From Myxococcota bacterium (GTDB taxonomy: Bacteria; Myxococcota_A; UBA9042; PHBI01; JAWLBL01): a DNA stretch of 64,000 bases. Under the pieces are notes generated by a model. It was not told the origin of the DNA. It worked only from the letters and a program-made list of their open reading frames with translations, and searched no databases. How positions within the stretch are numbered: position 1 is the stretch's first letter; every line of letters begins with the position of its first letter. This document shows, in pieces, positions 29,300 through 38,767 of this stretch. The position numbers were made by a program, and so were the translations under genes. Location: assembly GCA_041687695.1 (NCBI GenBank), contig JAWLBL010000022.1:32001-96000 (forward strand), read 5' to 3'.

Positions 29300-31219
29300 T
29301 TAGTTCATGCCGCCCGGGAACCCGTAGCTCATCGCGCCGTTGTAGCCGTAGACGACGAGGCCGAACGGCTGATCGCCGGCCAGCTTGTGCACCCCCGCCT
29401 TCAGCTCGAGGTAGCCGTACTCCCAGCCGCCCGCGCCGAAGGTCTGGAAGAGCGAGGCCGGGACCGGGCCGCCGGCGGAGGAGACGGTCGCGCCGACCGG
29501 CTTGATGATGGTGACCCAGTTGGTGTCATAGCCCGGGGGGATGGTCAGGGCGTAGAAGTCGCGGTAGCGCTGGGTCGGGACGGCCAGGATCAGGCTGGGA
29601 TCGCCGGTGCCCTGGGTGGTGCCCTCGGAGCCGATGAGGTACTGGCCCACCTGGATCTTGCCCGTGGCCTGGATCTCGAACGACTGGTCGGAGTAGACCT
29701 CGACCCAGTCGCCGCGCTTTTGCAGCGTGACGTTGTTCACGCCCGGCTGCGGCGGGTTGGTCGTGACGGTCACGTTGGCTTCGGCCGCCTGGATGCGCCA
29801 CAGGTCGGGGTCGTTGCCACGGGGCTTTGACTTCACGGCCAGGTAGCTCTGGTCGAGGACGTGCAGCGGGAACATCTGCTCCTCGAGGTGATCGAGGTAG
29901 CCGCTGGCCTCGCTGTTGGTCGGGTTTGCGATGGCCGCCGACTCATGGCCGGCGAAGACGGCGACCGGCTTCTTGGCGCTGACCGTCGACCCCGTCAGGT
30001 CGCAGGTCTCGAACAGGGTCGCGGGCTCGCACTCGACGTTGAGGATCTCGCCCTTGTTGATGGTCACCGTCTGGATCGCGCCCTTCTGCATCGCCGCCAC
30101 CTTGTCGCCGGCGGCGACGCGGCCGGTGACCTGGAACGTCACCTCGGTGTCGTCGTGGACGCCGACCACGGTGAAGAAGCCGTTGACGTTCTCCATCGCG
30201 GGCATGCCGGGGATGGGGAACTGGATGAGGCCGCGCGGGTCGGTGGGCCAGCTGAGGATGACGTAGTCGCTGCCGAGGAAGCTCTCGGGGAGCAGCAGCG
30301 AGGCGTCGTTCGACCAGATGGCCTTCCAGGGGTTGAACTGGTGGACCAGGATGGGGCGGCTGGACTTGAAGCGGATGCCCTTGTGCGACACGCCGGTGCC
30401 CTCGGTGTTGAGGACGGGCATCATGAAGACCTTGCTCTCGCCGGCCTTGACCGTGTTGTCGGTGCTCTGGATGGTGACGCCGGGCGGCGGCTCCCAGGTG
30501 ATGGTCGCGTCCATCTCGTTGGGGTTCGAGATGACCAGGGCGTGCGGGAGATCCTCGGGGTTGGTCGGCGTGATGGTCGGGTCCGGCCAGTTCGGCAGGT
30601 CGACCGTCCAGTACGAGCAGCCGACGTAGGAGCCGAACTTGGGGTCGGCGAAGCAGGCGCCGGTGCACTTGCCGGAGGTGCAGTACTCGTTCTCGGGGCA
30701 GGGGACCGGGTCGGAGAAGCCGCTGCCGTCGGGCAGGCAGGACTTCACGGCGGCCAGCCCCTCGCAGAAGGTGGTCCCGGCCTGGCAGAGGACCGGCTTG
30801 CAGGCGCCGTCCAGGCACTGGTGCGACGAAGGGCAGGGCTTGGGCACGAAGGCGGTGCCGGTGGCGTCGCAGGTCATGACCGCGGCGTTGCCGTAGCAGG
30901 CTTCGGTCTCGCCGGCGGTGCAGCCGCCCGGCGCCGGGGCGACGCACCAGCCGTCGACGCAGGTCGCGGGGGCCGCGCAGTCGCCGCAGCCGGCGGCGCC
31001 GTCCGGCAGCGGGGCGTCGGCGGTCGGGGCGTCGGCGGTCGGGGCGTCGTCCGAGGTCTTGGCGTCGGTGTCGCCGAAGCTGGTCTCGGCGCCGACGTCG
31101 ATGGGGACGCCGACGCCGCCCTGGTTGGGGTCGCTGCAGGCGCCCCATGACAGGGCGGCGGCGGCCAGGAGGGCGGCCAGAGGGGGGGTGGGGGCGGCGA
31201 TGTGGATCGTGCGGCGCAT
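29300..31219 (-). CDS. Lipoprotein with Cys-rich repeats and IgGFc-binding-like domain
   Basis: Lipobox WGAC; SYVGCSYW.VDL, SNDASLLLP...LG..Y, KPVAVFAGH, DHLEEQMFP, GDPSL, SYGFPGG. Confidence 0.85.
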   Translation of the reverse strand: MRRTIHIAAPTPPLAALLAAAALSWGACSDPNQGGVGVPIDVGAETSFGDTDAKTSDDAPTADAPTADAPLPDGAAGCGDCAAPATCVDGWCVAPAPGGCTAGETEACYGNAAVMTCDATGTAFVPKPCPSSHQCLDGACKPVLCQAGTTFCEGLAAVKSCLPDGSGFSDPVPCPENEYCTSGKCTGACFADPKFGSYVGCSYWTVDLPNWPDPTITPTNPEDLPHALVISNPNEMDATITWEPPPGVTIQSTDNTVKAGESKVFMMPVLNTEGTGVSHKGIRFKSSRPILVHQFNPWKAIWSNDASLLLPESFLGSDYVILSWPTDPRGLIQFPIPGMPAMENVNGFFTVVGVHDDTEVTFQVTGRVAAGDKVAAMQKGAIQTVTINKGEILNVECEPATLFETCDLTGSTVSAKKPVAVFAGHESAAIANPTNSEASGYLDHLEEQMFPLHVLDQSYLAVKSKPRGNDPDLWRIQAAEANVTVTTNPPQPGVNNVTLQKRGDWVEVYSDQSFEIQATGKIQVGQYLIGSEGTTQGTGDPSLILAVPTQRYRDFYALTIPPGYDTNWVTIIKPVGATVSSAGGPVPASLFQTFGAGGWEYGYLELKAGVHKLAGDQPFGLVVYGYNGAMSYGFPGGMN

Positions 31220-31387
31220 GGCGAGTGTCTAGCGGCTCTCGCGGCGAGAGTCCAGACGCGACGAGGGCGCGAGCGTCACCACGGGAAACAGGCAGGACGT
31301 CGGGGCGCGCCAGAGGCGGGTCGGCGCGTGCGAATCCGCCACGGGTGGGGTACAAGCCTGGGCCGCACCCTGTCCGGAGTCACGCGC

Positions 31388-32239
31388 ATGCTGAAGCCCT
31401 TCTCGAAGTCAGGCGCCGCCTTCGTCGTGCTCGCCGCGATCGGAGTCGTCTCGGCCGGGGCCTGCGAAGACGCCGGCGGGTCGAACGAGACGTCCGCGCC
31501 CTCGCCGACGCCCGCCGAGGCCTTCTGTCGGGCTCACTTCAGCGCCGCCTGCGAGCGGCTGTTTCGCTGCGACCCCGACGCCGCGGCCCTCATCCCGCAG
31601 GCCGCCACCGCCGCGGCCTGCGCGCAGGCGCACCACGAGCGCGTCTGCGATCGCCTGTCGGCCGACATCGCCGCCGGCGCGGTGCGCGTGGACCTCACCG
31701 GCGCGGACGCCTGCAACGACGACCTCGCGACCGCCAGCTGCGGGACGGCCGCCGAGGAGGTGCGACGGTTCTTAGAGGCCGGCAAGCTCGACGCGTGCCC
31801 GGACGTGCTGGGGGGCGATCGGGCGAAGGGGGCCAGCTGCACGGCGGCGTGGCATTGTCGCGAGCCGTCCAGCAACTGCGTGGCCGTGGCGTCCGGCGCC
31901 GGCGAGTGCACCGGAGCGCTGTCGGGGGACGCGTTCGAGATCGCCTGCTCGGCGACGAGCGCAGGCGCGGGCGCGTGCCCCGGGCTGGTGTGCCTGGGGC
32001 TCAACGCGAACCAGCAGGGCAAGTCGGGCCTGTGCACGGCGCGGTGCCAGAGCCAGGCCGACTGCGGCGACGGCGGCGTCTGCGTCGCCCTGACCGACGG
32101 CAACATCTGCTTTTCGATGTGCACGTCGGACGCGGACTGCGGAGGCGGCTTCGTCTGCGTGGACGAGGTGTACCAGCCGGGGCCCCAGATCGAGGGCGAC
32201 GGGCGCGCGTGCCTGGTGACGTTGCCCTCGGCCGAGTGA
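31388..32239 (+). CDS. Cys-rich hypothetical lipoprotein
   Basis: Lipobox AGAC; many C-x-C motifs (CQSQADC, CTSDADC). Confidence 0.75.
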   Translation: MLKPFSKSGAAFVVLAAIGVVSAGACEDAGGSNETSAPSPTPAEAFCRAHFSAACERLFRCDPDAAALIPQAATAAACAQAHHERVCDRLSADIAAGAVRVDLTGADACNDDLATASCGTAAEEVRRFLEAGKLDACPDVLGGDRAKGASCTAAWHCREPSSNCVAVASGAGECTGALSGDAFEIACSATSAGAGACPGLVCLGLNANQQGKSGLCTARCQSQADCGDGGVCVALTDGNICFSMCTSDADCGGGFVCVDEVYQPGPQIEGDGRACLVTLPSAE

Positions 32240-32573
32240 AGGCGATGGGGGCTGTCAAAGGCGCGGTCGCATTTCGAAGCGCCGGTGACGTGCGATTTGC
32301 CGGCATATTTTTGTGAAGTGGCACAAGTGTGGGAAACCTGGGCGAGTTGCGCGCCGCCGCTGGGCCGGCTGGTTGAACGGCTCGCGATGCGGGTCTATCA
32401 AGTGCCTGCCGACGCCTTCCGGCGCGGCGAACCCCCCTGACCGAATTCCACGCAAAGTTCAAAATTCGCAGCGAGCGCCGCCCGCCGGATCGCCCAGCCG
32501 TTCTCCGGCCGCGCGGTGATCCGCCCCGCCCCCGGGTGCGCGTCGCTGCGCTCCACCACGCGAGCCAATTGCC

Positions 32574-34358
32574 ATGCTGAACGCGACCCCCAAGAACGTC
32601 CGTCGCCTGGGCGTCGGACTGGCCTCGGCCGTCGCCCTGTCGATGGGCGCATGTGCCAGCGACGTGAGCCCTGCGCCCGGCTCGGGCACGGCCACCACGG
32701 GCCTGGCCCTGTCGATGAGCTGGGACAAGGACGGCGCCGTCGCCGGCTTTCACTTCAAGATCCGTCAGGTGCCCTGCAAGAAGGAGCACATCGACTATCC
32801 GGTCGAGCACGAGGCCACGGTGGGCCTCGAGGAGTTCGGGCTGCCGTCGTTCGTCCCCGGCAACCACTTCGGGGACGAGCTGCACGCGTTCGCCGACCAC
32901 TTCACGGTGCTGCCGGCCGGCTGCTACGACGTGAAGGCGACGCCGGTGGACGACAAGGGCAAGCCCGTCGAGGACTGCAGCCCGGCGCACGACAAGAAGG
33001 TCCGCGTCGTCGACGGCGAGACCACCGAGATCCTGCTCGTGAGCAAGTGCGGCGGCGAAGAGGTCGGCGGCCTGGACGTCATCGCGGCCATCAACACCGC
33101 GCCGACCCTCGAGAGCCTGGAGTTCAACCCGTCGAAGTTCGTCGAGACGTGCGACTGGGTCGAGATCTGCGCGACCGCGTCGGATCCGGACGGCGACGGC
33201 CTCGAGTTCAAATGGAAGAAGAAGGCTGGGCCCGAGGTCAAGGGACCCAAGGTCGTCAGCCACACCGAATATGACGGGTCGGTGACCGAGTGCATCAAGG
33301 TCCGGCCCGAGGAGCCCGGGGCCTTCACCTGGGAGGTCAAGGTCTTCGACCTGCGCGACTTCGACGGCCGCAAGTGGCGCGTCGAGGAGTGGCTGCAGGA
33401 CAAGCACAAGGGCGCCAAGTCCAGCGACAGCCTGGAGTTCCCGCTGTACGCCGTGGGCGACGCGTGCGTCTCGCCGCCCGAGTGCTACAAGGACGAGGAC
33501 TGCAAGTACGGCGAGATCTGCAAGGACGGCATGTGCGTCGAGCCGCCGGCCGAGTGCTACGACGACAAGGACTGCCGCTACGGCGAGGTCTGCAAGGACG
33601 GCAAGTGCGTCGAGCCGCCGGCCGAGTGCTACGACGACAAGGACTGCAAGTACGGCGAGATCTGCGAGTACGGCAAGTGCGTCGCGCCGCCGCCGGAGTG
33701 CTACGACGACAAGGACTGCCGCTACGGTGAGATCTGCAAGGACGGCAAGTGCGTCGCGCCGCCGCCGGAGTGCTACGACGACAAGGACTGCAAGTACGGC
33801 GAGATCTGCAAGGACGGCAAGTGCGTCCAGCCGCCGCCGGAGTGCTACACGGACAAGGACTGCAAGTACGGCGAGATCTGCAAGGACGGCAAGTGCGTCC
33901 AGCCGCCGCCGGAGTGCTACACGGACAAGGACTGCAAGTACGGCGAGATCTGCAAGGACGGCAAGTGCGTCCAGCCGCCGCCGGAGTGCTACACGGACAA
34001 GGACTGCAAGTACGGCGAGGTCTGCGAGTACGGCAAGTGCGTCCAGCCGCCGCCGGAGTGCTACAAGGACGAGGACTGCAAGTACGGCGAGGTCTGCGAG
34101 TACGGCAAGTGCGTCCAGCCGTCGCCGGAGTGCTACAAGGACGAGGACTGCAAGTACGGCGAGGTCTGCGAGTACGGCAAGTGCGTCCAGCCGCCGCCGG
34201 AGTGCCGCTACGACAAGGACTGCCCCTACGGCCAGGAGTGCAAGGACGGCAAGTGCGTCGAGCCGCCGAAGGAGTGCAAGTACGACAAGGACTGCGGTTA
34301 CGGTCAGGAGTGTGAGTACGGCAAGTGCGTCGAGGACCGGCGCGAGCGCCGTGACTGA
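32574..34358 (+). CDS. Lipoprotein with Ig-like region and twelve 24-aa four-Cys tandem repeats
   Basis: Lipobox MGAC; NTAP...ATASDPDGD.L...W Ig-like motif; C-terminal repeats. Confidence 0.85.
   Translation: MLNATPKNVRRLGVGLASAVALSMGACASDVSPAPGSGTATTGLALSMSWDKDGAVAGFHFKIRQVPCKKEHIDYPVEHEATVGLEEFGLPSFVPGNHFGDELHAFADHFTVLPAGCYDVKATPVDDKGKPVEDCSPAHDKKVRVVDGETTEILLVSKCGGEEVGGLDVIAAINTAPTLESLEFNPSKFVETCDWVEICATASDPDGDGLEFKWKKKAGPEVKGPKVVSHTEYDGSVTECIKVRPEEPGAFTWEVKVFDLRDFDGRKWRVEEWLQDKHKGAKSSDSLEFPLYAVGDACVSPPECYKDEDCKYGEICKDGMCVEPPAECYDDKDCRYGEVCKDGKCVEPPAECYDDKDCKYGEICEYGKCVAPPPECYDDKDCRYGEICKDGKCVAPPPECYDDKDCKYGEICKDGKCVQPPPECYTDKDCKYGEICKDGKCVQPPPECYTDKDCKYGEICKDGKCVQPPPECYTDKDCKYGEVCEYGKCVQPPPECYKDEDCKYGEVCEYGKCVQPSPECYKDEDCKYGEVCEYGKCVQPPPECRYDKDCPYGQECKDGKCVEPPKECKYDKDCGYGQECEYGKCVEDRRERRD
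33483..34346 (+). repeat. Coding tandem repeat, 12 x 72 bp (CYxDKDCKYGEICKDGKCVxPPPE)
   Basis: 72-bp period, e.g. TGCTACACGGAC at 33843, 33915 and 33987. Confidence 0.95.
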
Positions 34359-34635
34359 CACGCGCGGGTCGCGCCGCGCGGCGCCCGCGAGGGCGCGCGG
34401 ATGACGTCGACCCCGTGAACGGATCCCGAGGCCCGGTGGCGACCCGTTCGCCGCCGGGCTTCGGCCGTTTGCGGGCTGCGCGGCTTGACAGCGCGGGGGG
34501 CGGTCCTGTCGACTCGCGGGCGAGGACATGGCGCGGTGAGAGGGGTCGTGTGGAGCGAGCGTGGGGCGGTCGAGTTCGGGAGACGAGGAGCCGCCGGGTG
34601 GCGGCGCCGGCGGACGGGGGCTGCGGGGCGCCGAG

Positions 34636-35526
34636 GTGACTGACGTCCGCCGCGGGGCCGCCGCTTCGAGCATGCGGGAGGTCGGAGCGTCCGACCGCCT
34701 GCCGCTGACCTGCGCCCGGGGCGACGTCTGCTGCTTCGGCATGGCGGTGTGGCTCGAGCCGTACGCCATCGCCCGGCTGGCCCGTGGCCTGGGCCTGCCA
34801 CCCGAAGAGCTCGTCGCCCGCCACACCGTCGACGGCGGGCTGCGGCTGCGCGCGTCCGGGCCCTCGGGGGCGCGCGGCGAGCCCGCCTGCGACCTCTACC
34901 GCGTCGGCGCCGGCTGCTCGGTGCACGGCGACCGCCCGCTGGCCTGCCGCCTGTACCCGCTGCGTCGCGAGCTGCGCCAGGGGACCGCCACCTACGGCTT
35001 CGACGGGCCGCGCTTGCCCTGCCTGGCCGGCTGCCCCGACGTGGCGCGCCTGCCCGAGCGCACGGTGGCCGACTACCTGGCCGAGCAGCAGGTCGCGCCG
35101 CACGAGGCCGCCCAGGTGGCCTACCTCGAGGTCATGCAGGATCTCGCCGAGGGCGCCTTCGTCCTGCTCTTCGACTCGGGCCTGGCCGCCACCGGCGACC
35201 GCGCCACCCTGCCGCGTTGGCGCCGCCTGGGCGCGCTGACGCCCGACGCGCGCGCCACGGCCGTCGGCCCCGAGTGGCTGGCGGCGCTGCTGACGCCGCC
35301 GCTGCCGCCCGACGACCCGGCCGAGTTCGCCCGCCAGCACGCGGCCCGGCTGCAGGCGCGGGCGCAGTCGAGCTTCGCGGCGCTGTCCACCGCCGAGGGC
35401 CTGCGCGACGCGTCGTGCACCATGCTGGCGCTGGCCCTGCACCTCGGGCAGGGCCTCGGCGTCGCCCCCGCCGTCCTGTCGGCGCGCTGGGTGCAGGCGG
35501 CCCGCGATCGCGGGGCGCGCGGATGA
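34636..35526 (+). CDS. YkgJ-like CxxCxxCC cysteine-cluster (Fe-S/Zn) protein
   Basis: LTCARGDVCC...CDLY..GAGCSVHGDRPLACRLYP; start 34636 (GTG) or 34672 (ATG). Confidence 0.8.
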   Translation: MTDVRRGAAASSMREVGASDRLPLTCARGDVCCFGMAVWLEPYAIARLARGLGLPPEELVARHTVDGGLRLRASGPSGARGEPACDLYRVGAGCSVHGDRPLACRLYPLRRELRQGTATYGFDGPRLPCLAGCPDVARLPERTVADYLAEQQVAPHEAAQVAYLEVMQDLAEGAFVLLFDSGLAATGDRATLPRWRRLGALTPDARATAVGPEWLAALLTPPLPPDDPAEFARQHAARLQARAQSSFAALSTAEGLRDASCTMLALALHLGQGLGVAPAVLSARWVQAARDRGARG

Positions 35527-35915
35527 CCCGCGGGCTCGTCGTCGCCATGGCGTTGCTGCCGTGGGCCTGCGCGCTCGCCCGGTCCAACCCCGCGCCGGCC
35601 GCCCTCGACGCCGAGGCGGTCGCCCGGGCCCAGCAGCGCTGGCCCGAGGTCGACGGCGACTCGCTGGAGCGCGGCCGCGCCCTGTTCGCGTCGAGCTGCA
35701 ACGGCTGCCACGGCTACCCTGCGCCGGCCGACCACTCCGAGCGCCGCTGGCCGCGCGTCCTGCGCGACATGGGCCCGCGCGCCAACCTGTCCAGGGCCGA
35801 GGCCGACCTGGTCCTGCGGTTCGTGTTGGCCGCCCGTCTGGCCGAGATGGCGGACGTCCCGTCCGATCCCTCTGGCGACGCCCCCGCCGCCGCCCCTGCC
35901 CCGGAGGAGCCATGA
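35523..35915 (+). CDS. Small secreted mono-heme c-type cytochrome
   Basis: Signal peptide; RGRALF..SCNGCH, W...L..M; ATGA coupling on both sides. Confidence 0.8.
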   Translation: MTRGLVVAMALLPWACALARSNPAPAALDAEAVARAQQRWPEVDGDSLERGRALFASSCNGCHGYPAPADHSERRWPRVLRDMGPRANLSRAEADLVLRFVLAARLAEMADVPSDPSGDAPAAAPAPEEP

Positions 35916-37492
35916 CCCGCCCCGATCCCGCCGTCACCGTGGTCGCCCCCGTCGACATCCTGGGCCGCGTGGCCGGCGCGCTGCTGGCCGCGACCTTCCT
36001 GGGCAGCCAGTTCCTGATCACCTGGATCCTGGTCGGCCAGGCCGTCGCCTGGGTCGCCGGGCTGCTGGCCGGCCTGTGGGTCGCCCTGGCCGTCCTGGGG
36101 CTGCCGCGCCTGCGCCGCCGGATGCGCGGCCGCCCGGGCGCCCGGCGCGTCATCGACGGGCTGATGGGCCTGTTCGTGCTGATGGTCCCGCTGCAGGCCG
36201 TCGTCTTCACGACCCTGGGCATCGCCGCCGCCGGCACCATCCTGGGGCTGGGCGCCGAGGTCGACCACCCGGGCGCCACCTTCGCCATCGGCTCCCTTTA
36301 CGTGGCCCTGTTCCTGACCGGCTTCGGGGGCCTGTTGCCCTTCGGTGGCATCCTGGCGGCCGGCTGGTCGCGCCCCGGGCTGCTCTGGCGCGCCCTGGGC
36401 GTGCTCATGGTCGCGCTGGGCCTCGCCGTCGGCCTCGGCGCCGGGCTCTTCCTGGACGACTGGCTGGCCCCGCTGGTCCGCGCCTGGCCGCCGGGCCGCC
36501 TGTCGGCCGCCATCTTCGGCCTCGAGGCCGTCCTGTCGGCGCTGGTGGTCCTGATGCTGCGCCCCAGCTTCACCCAGCGCGGGTGGCGCGCCGTCGCCTG
36601 CAGCCCCGACGGCGCGCAGGTCCTGGTCGCCCGCGACCGGCGGGCGATGGTGCTGAGGGCCGGCGCCGAGCCGCTGACCCCGGGCGTCGGCGGTCGCCTG
36701 GCCGCCTTCAGCCCCTGCGGGCGCTGGGCCGCCGTCGCCGACTTCGACGGCGCCGTGGTCCTGTTCGACGCCCACGGCTGGCGGCCGCGCCTGCGCCTGA
36801 CCGACGGCCAGGGCACGCCGGCGGCCGCGACGTTCTCGCCCGACGGCGCCTACCTCGCGGTCGGCGACGACGACGGCTTCGTCCAGATCTGGCGCGCCGC
36901 CGAAGGGCGGCTGGTGCGGCAGGCCGAGACCCCGCTCGATCAGGCGGCCGCCGTGGCCTTCGCGGGCGACGCGGTGGTCGCCATGGACCGCAACTACCGC
37001 GTCATCGAGATCCCGCTGGGCGCCGGCGAGCCGACCCAGACCGCGCGGCGCGAGGACTTCGTGGCCGACGAGAGCGTCCCCACGTTCCCGCGTCCCTTCC
37101 TGGCCCCCGGCGCGCGACGGCTGGCCCTGGCGACCGGGCAGCGGCTGGCGTTCTTCGAGCGCCAGGGGGACCGCTGGATCCCGCGTCCCGCCGGCGACTC
37201 GGCCCCGCTCGCCTTCGCGCAGGTCGCCTTCTCGCCGACCGGCGACCACGTCGGCGCGGTCGACCACGAGGGCCGCGTGCGCGTCTTCGCTTGGGATGGG
37301 CCGGTGCCGCTGCTGACGCTGGACGGGCTGCCAGAGCCTCCCAACGCCGTGGCGTTGGACGCCCGCGCGAGCACCCTGTTCCTGGCCGGCAAGTCCCTGC
37401 GCGCCCTCGACGTCGCCCACGGCGGGCTGCAGACCCTGTGGCCTGCCGCAACGGCGACCCCGGCGCAGGACGCAGCGCGCAAGGCCAGCTGA
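35912..37492 (+). CDS. Multi-TM membrane protein with C-terminal WD40-like beta-propeller
   Basis: About 6 hydrophobic helices, then repeated A.SPDG/FSP.G...V.xW motifs. Confidence 0.75.
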   Translation: MTRPDPAVTVVAPVDILGRVAGALLAATFLGSQFLITWILVGQAVAWVAGLLAGLWVALAVLGLPRLRRRMRGRPGARRVIDGLMGLFVLMVPLQAVVFTTLGIAAAGTILGLGAEVDHPGATFAIGSLYVALFLTGFGGLLPFGGILAAGWSRPGLLWRALGVLMVALGLAVGLGAGLFLDDWLAPLVRAWPPGRLSAAIFGLEAVLSALVVLMLRPSFTQRGWRAVACSPDGAQVLVARDRRAMVLRAGAEPLTPGVGGRLAAFSPCGRWAAVADFDGAVVLFDAHGWRPRLRLTDGQGTPAAATFSPDGAYLAVGDDDGFVQIWRAAEGRLVRQAETPLDQAAAVAFAGDAVVAMDRNYRVIEIPLGAGEPTQTARREDFVADESVPTFPRPFLAPGARRLALATGQRLAFFERQGDRWIPRPAGDSAPLAFAQVAFSPTGDHVGAVDHEGRVRVFAWDGPVPLLTLDGLPEPPNAVALDARASTLFLAGKSLRALDVAHGGLQTLWPAATATPAQDAARKAS

Positions 37493-37494
37493 GG

Positions 37495-38283
37495 TCAGGC
37501 CAGCGCGACCGCCGCGACGACCAGCGCGAGGGACCAGGCCAGCTCCGCCAGGCCGACGCGCTTGGCGTCCTTGGCCGAGGTCGCGGGGCGATGGGCCAGC
37601 ACGCGCAGGGCGTAGGCCAGCGGCAACAGCCCGACCCACAGGTGGCCCGTCAGCCAGCCCACGGCGACCGCGGCCACGACCGAGAGCCCGGCCGCGGCGG
37701 CGCGACCGGCGTCCGCGGTGCGGTGCGCGAGGACGGTGGCCAGGGCGCGCTGCACGTAGGCGACGCCCAGCGCCTGCCAGGCCAGCAGCGTGACGAACAC
37801 GGCGGCGACCGCGTCCGGGGTGGCGCCCGACGACAGGGCCAGGCCGGCGCCCAGGCCCGTCAGCCCGACGAGCCCAGCGGCCTCGAAGGGCAGGGTGCGG
37901 GCGAAGCGGCCGCGGGTGACCAGGGCGACCGCGGCGGCGGCCAGGCCGGCGGCTCCCAGGGTTCCTGCGAGGACCAGCGGCGCGGGGGACTCGGCCATCG
38001 CGCCCAAGGTGGCCAGGCCCGTCGCGGCGGCGGCCCACAGGGCGGCCAGGCCGGTGGCGGCGTCCTTGCGACGCAGCCAGCGCGCGGCGGCGTTGCTGGC
38101 CAGGAACCCGCCGACGACCGCGGCGCCGGCCAGGAGCGTGGCCGGATGCGGGGCCAGCAGCAGGGCGGCCACGAGCGGGACGGTGACCCACGCCCACAGG
38201 CCGTGCTCGGCGGGTGACAGCGCCTTGGTGTTGGGGCGGACGCGCAGCATCGCGAGGAGCGTCGGGGTAGAGGACGTGGTCAC
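37495..38283 (-). CDS. YwiC-like membrane protein
   Basis: PAEHGLWAW..VPL N-terminal motif, AYV, K.VGLAE C-terminal motif. Confidence 0.8.
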   Translation of the reverse strand: MTTSSTPTLLAMLRVRPNTKALSPAEHGLWAWVTVPLVAALLLAPHPATLLAGAAVVGGFLASNAAARWLRRKDAATGLAALWAAAATGLATLGAMAESPAPLVLAGTLGAAGLAAAAVALVTRGRFARTLPFEAAGLVGLTGLGAGLALSSGATPDAVAAVFVTLLAWQALGVAYVQRALATVLAHRTADAGRAAAAGLSVVAAVAVGWLTGHLWVGLLPLAYALRVLAHRPATSAKDAKRVGLAELAWSLALVVAAVALA

Positions 38284-38296
38284 GAGGACCTCCGGG

Positions 38297-38767
38297 TCAG
38301 TGCGGGTCGCCGGCGGCGGGCCCGGCCCAGGCCAGGGCCTCGGCCGAGCGGGCGACGTCCGCGAGCGTGGTCGTCGCCAGCAGCGTGCGGATGGGGCGCG
38401 TCGCGACCAGCCACAGGTCGTGCAGCGGACAGGGGTTGGTCGGATCGCAGGCCCGGTCGCCCATGGCGCAGGCCGGGGCGAACGGCGCCGAGGGAGCTTC
38501 GGACAGGGCCGAGATCACGGCCTCGAGGGTGACGGTCTGCGCGGGCTGGGCCAGCGCGTAGCCGCCGCGGCGGCCCTTCTCGCCGGCGACGATGCCGGCG
38601 CGGCCGAGCTGCTGCAGCAGCTTGGCGAGGAAGGCCGCCGGGACGTGCGTGCGGGCGCTGAGCTCGGCGGCGCTCAGGCGCTCGCCCGGGGCGAGGCGGG
38701 CGAGGCAGGTCGCGGCCGACAGCGCGTAGCGCGCCGACAGGGGCAGGGCGGGGGAGGCGGGGATCAT
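38297..38767 (-). CDS. Rrf2 family transcriptional regulator (three Cys)
   Basis: YAL, P.AFLAKLLQQL..AGIV...GRRGGY.LA, CAMG..ACD..NPCPLH. Confidence 0.9.
   Translation of the reverse strand: MIPASPALPLSARYALSAATCLARLAPGERLSAAELSARTHVPAAFLAKLLQQLGRAGIVAGEKGRRGGYALAQPAQTVTLEAVISALSEAPSAPFAPACAMGDRACDPTNPCPLHDLWLVATRPIRTLLATTTLADVARSAEALAWAGPAAGDPH

Noticed and set aside
32329..32344. Sigma-54 promoter TGGCACAAGTGTGGGA
   Set aside because: Has the -24 TGGCAC but lacks GC at -12.
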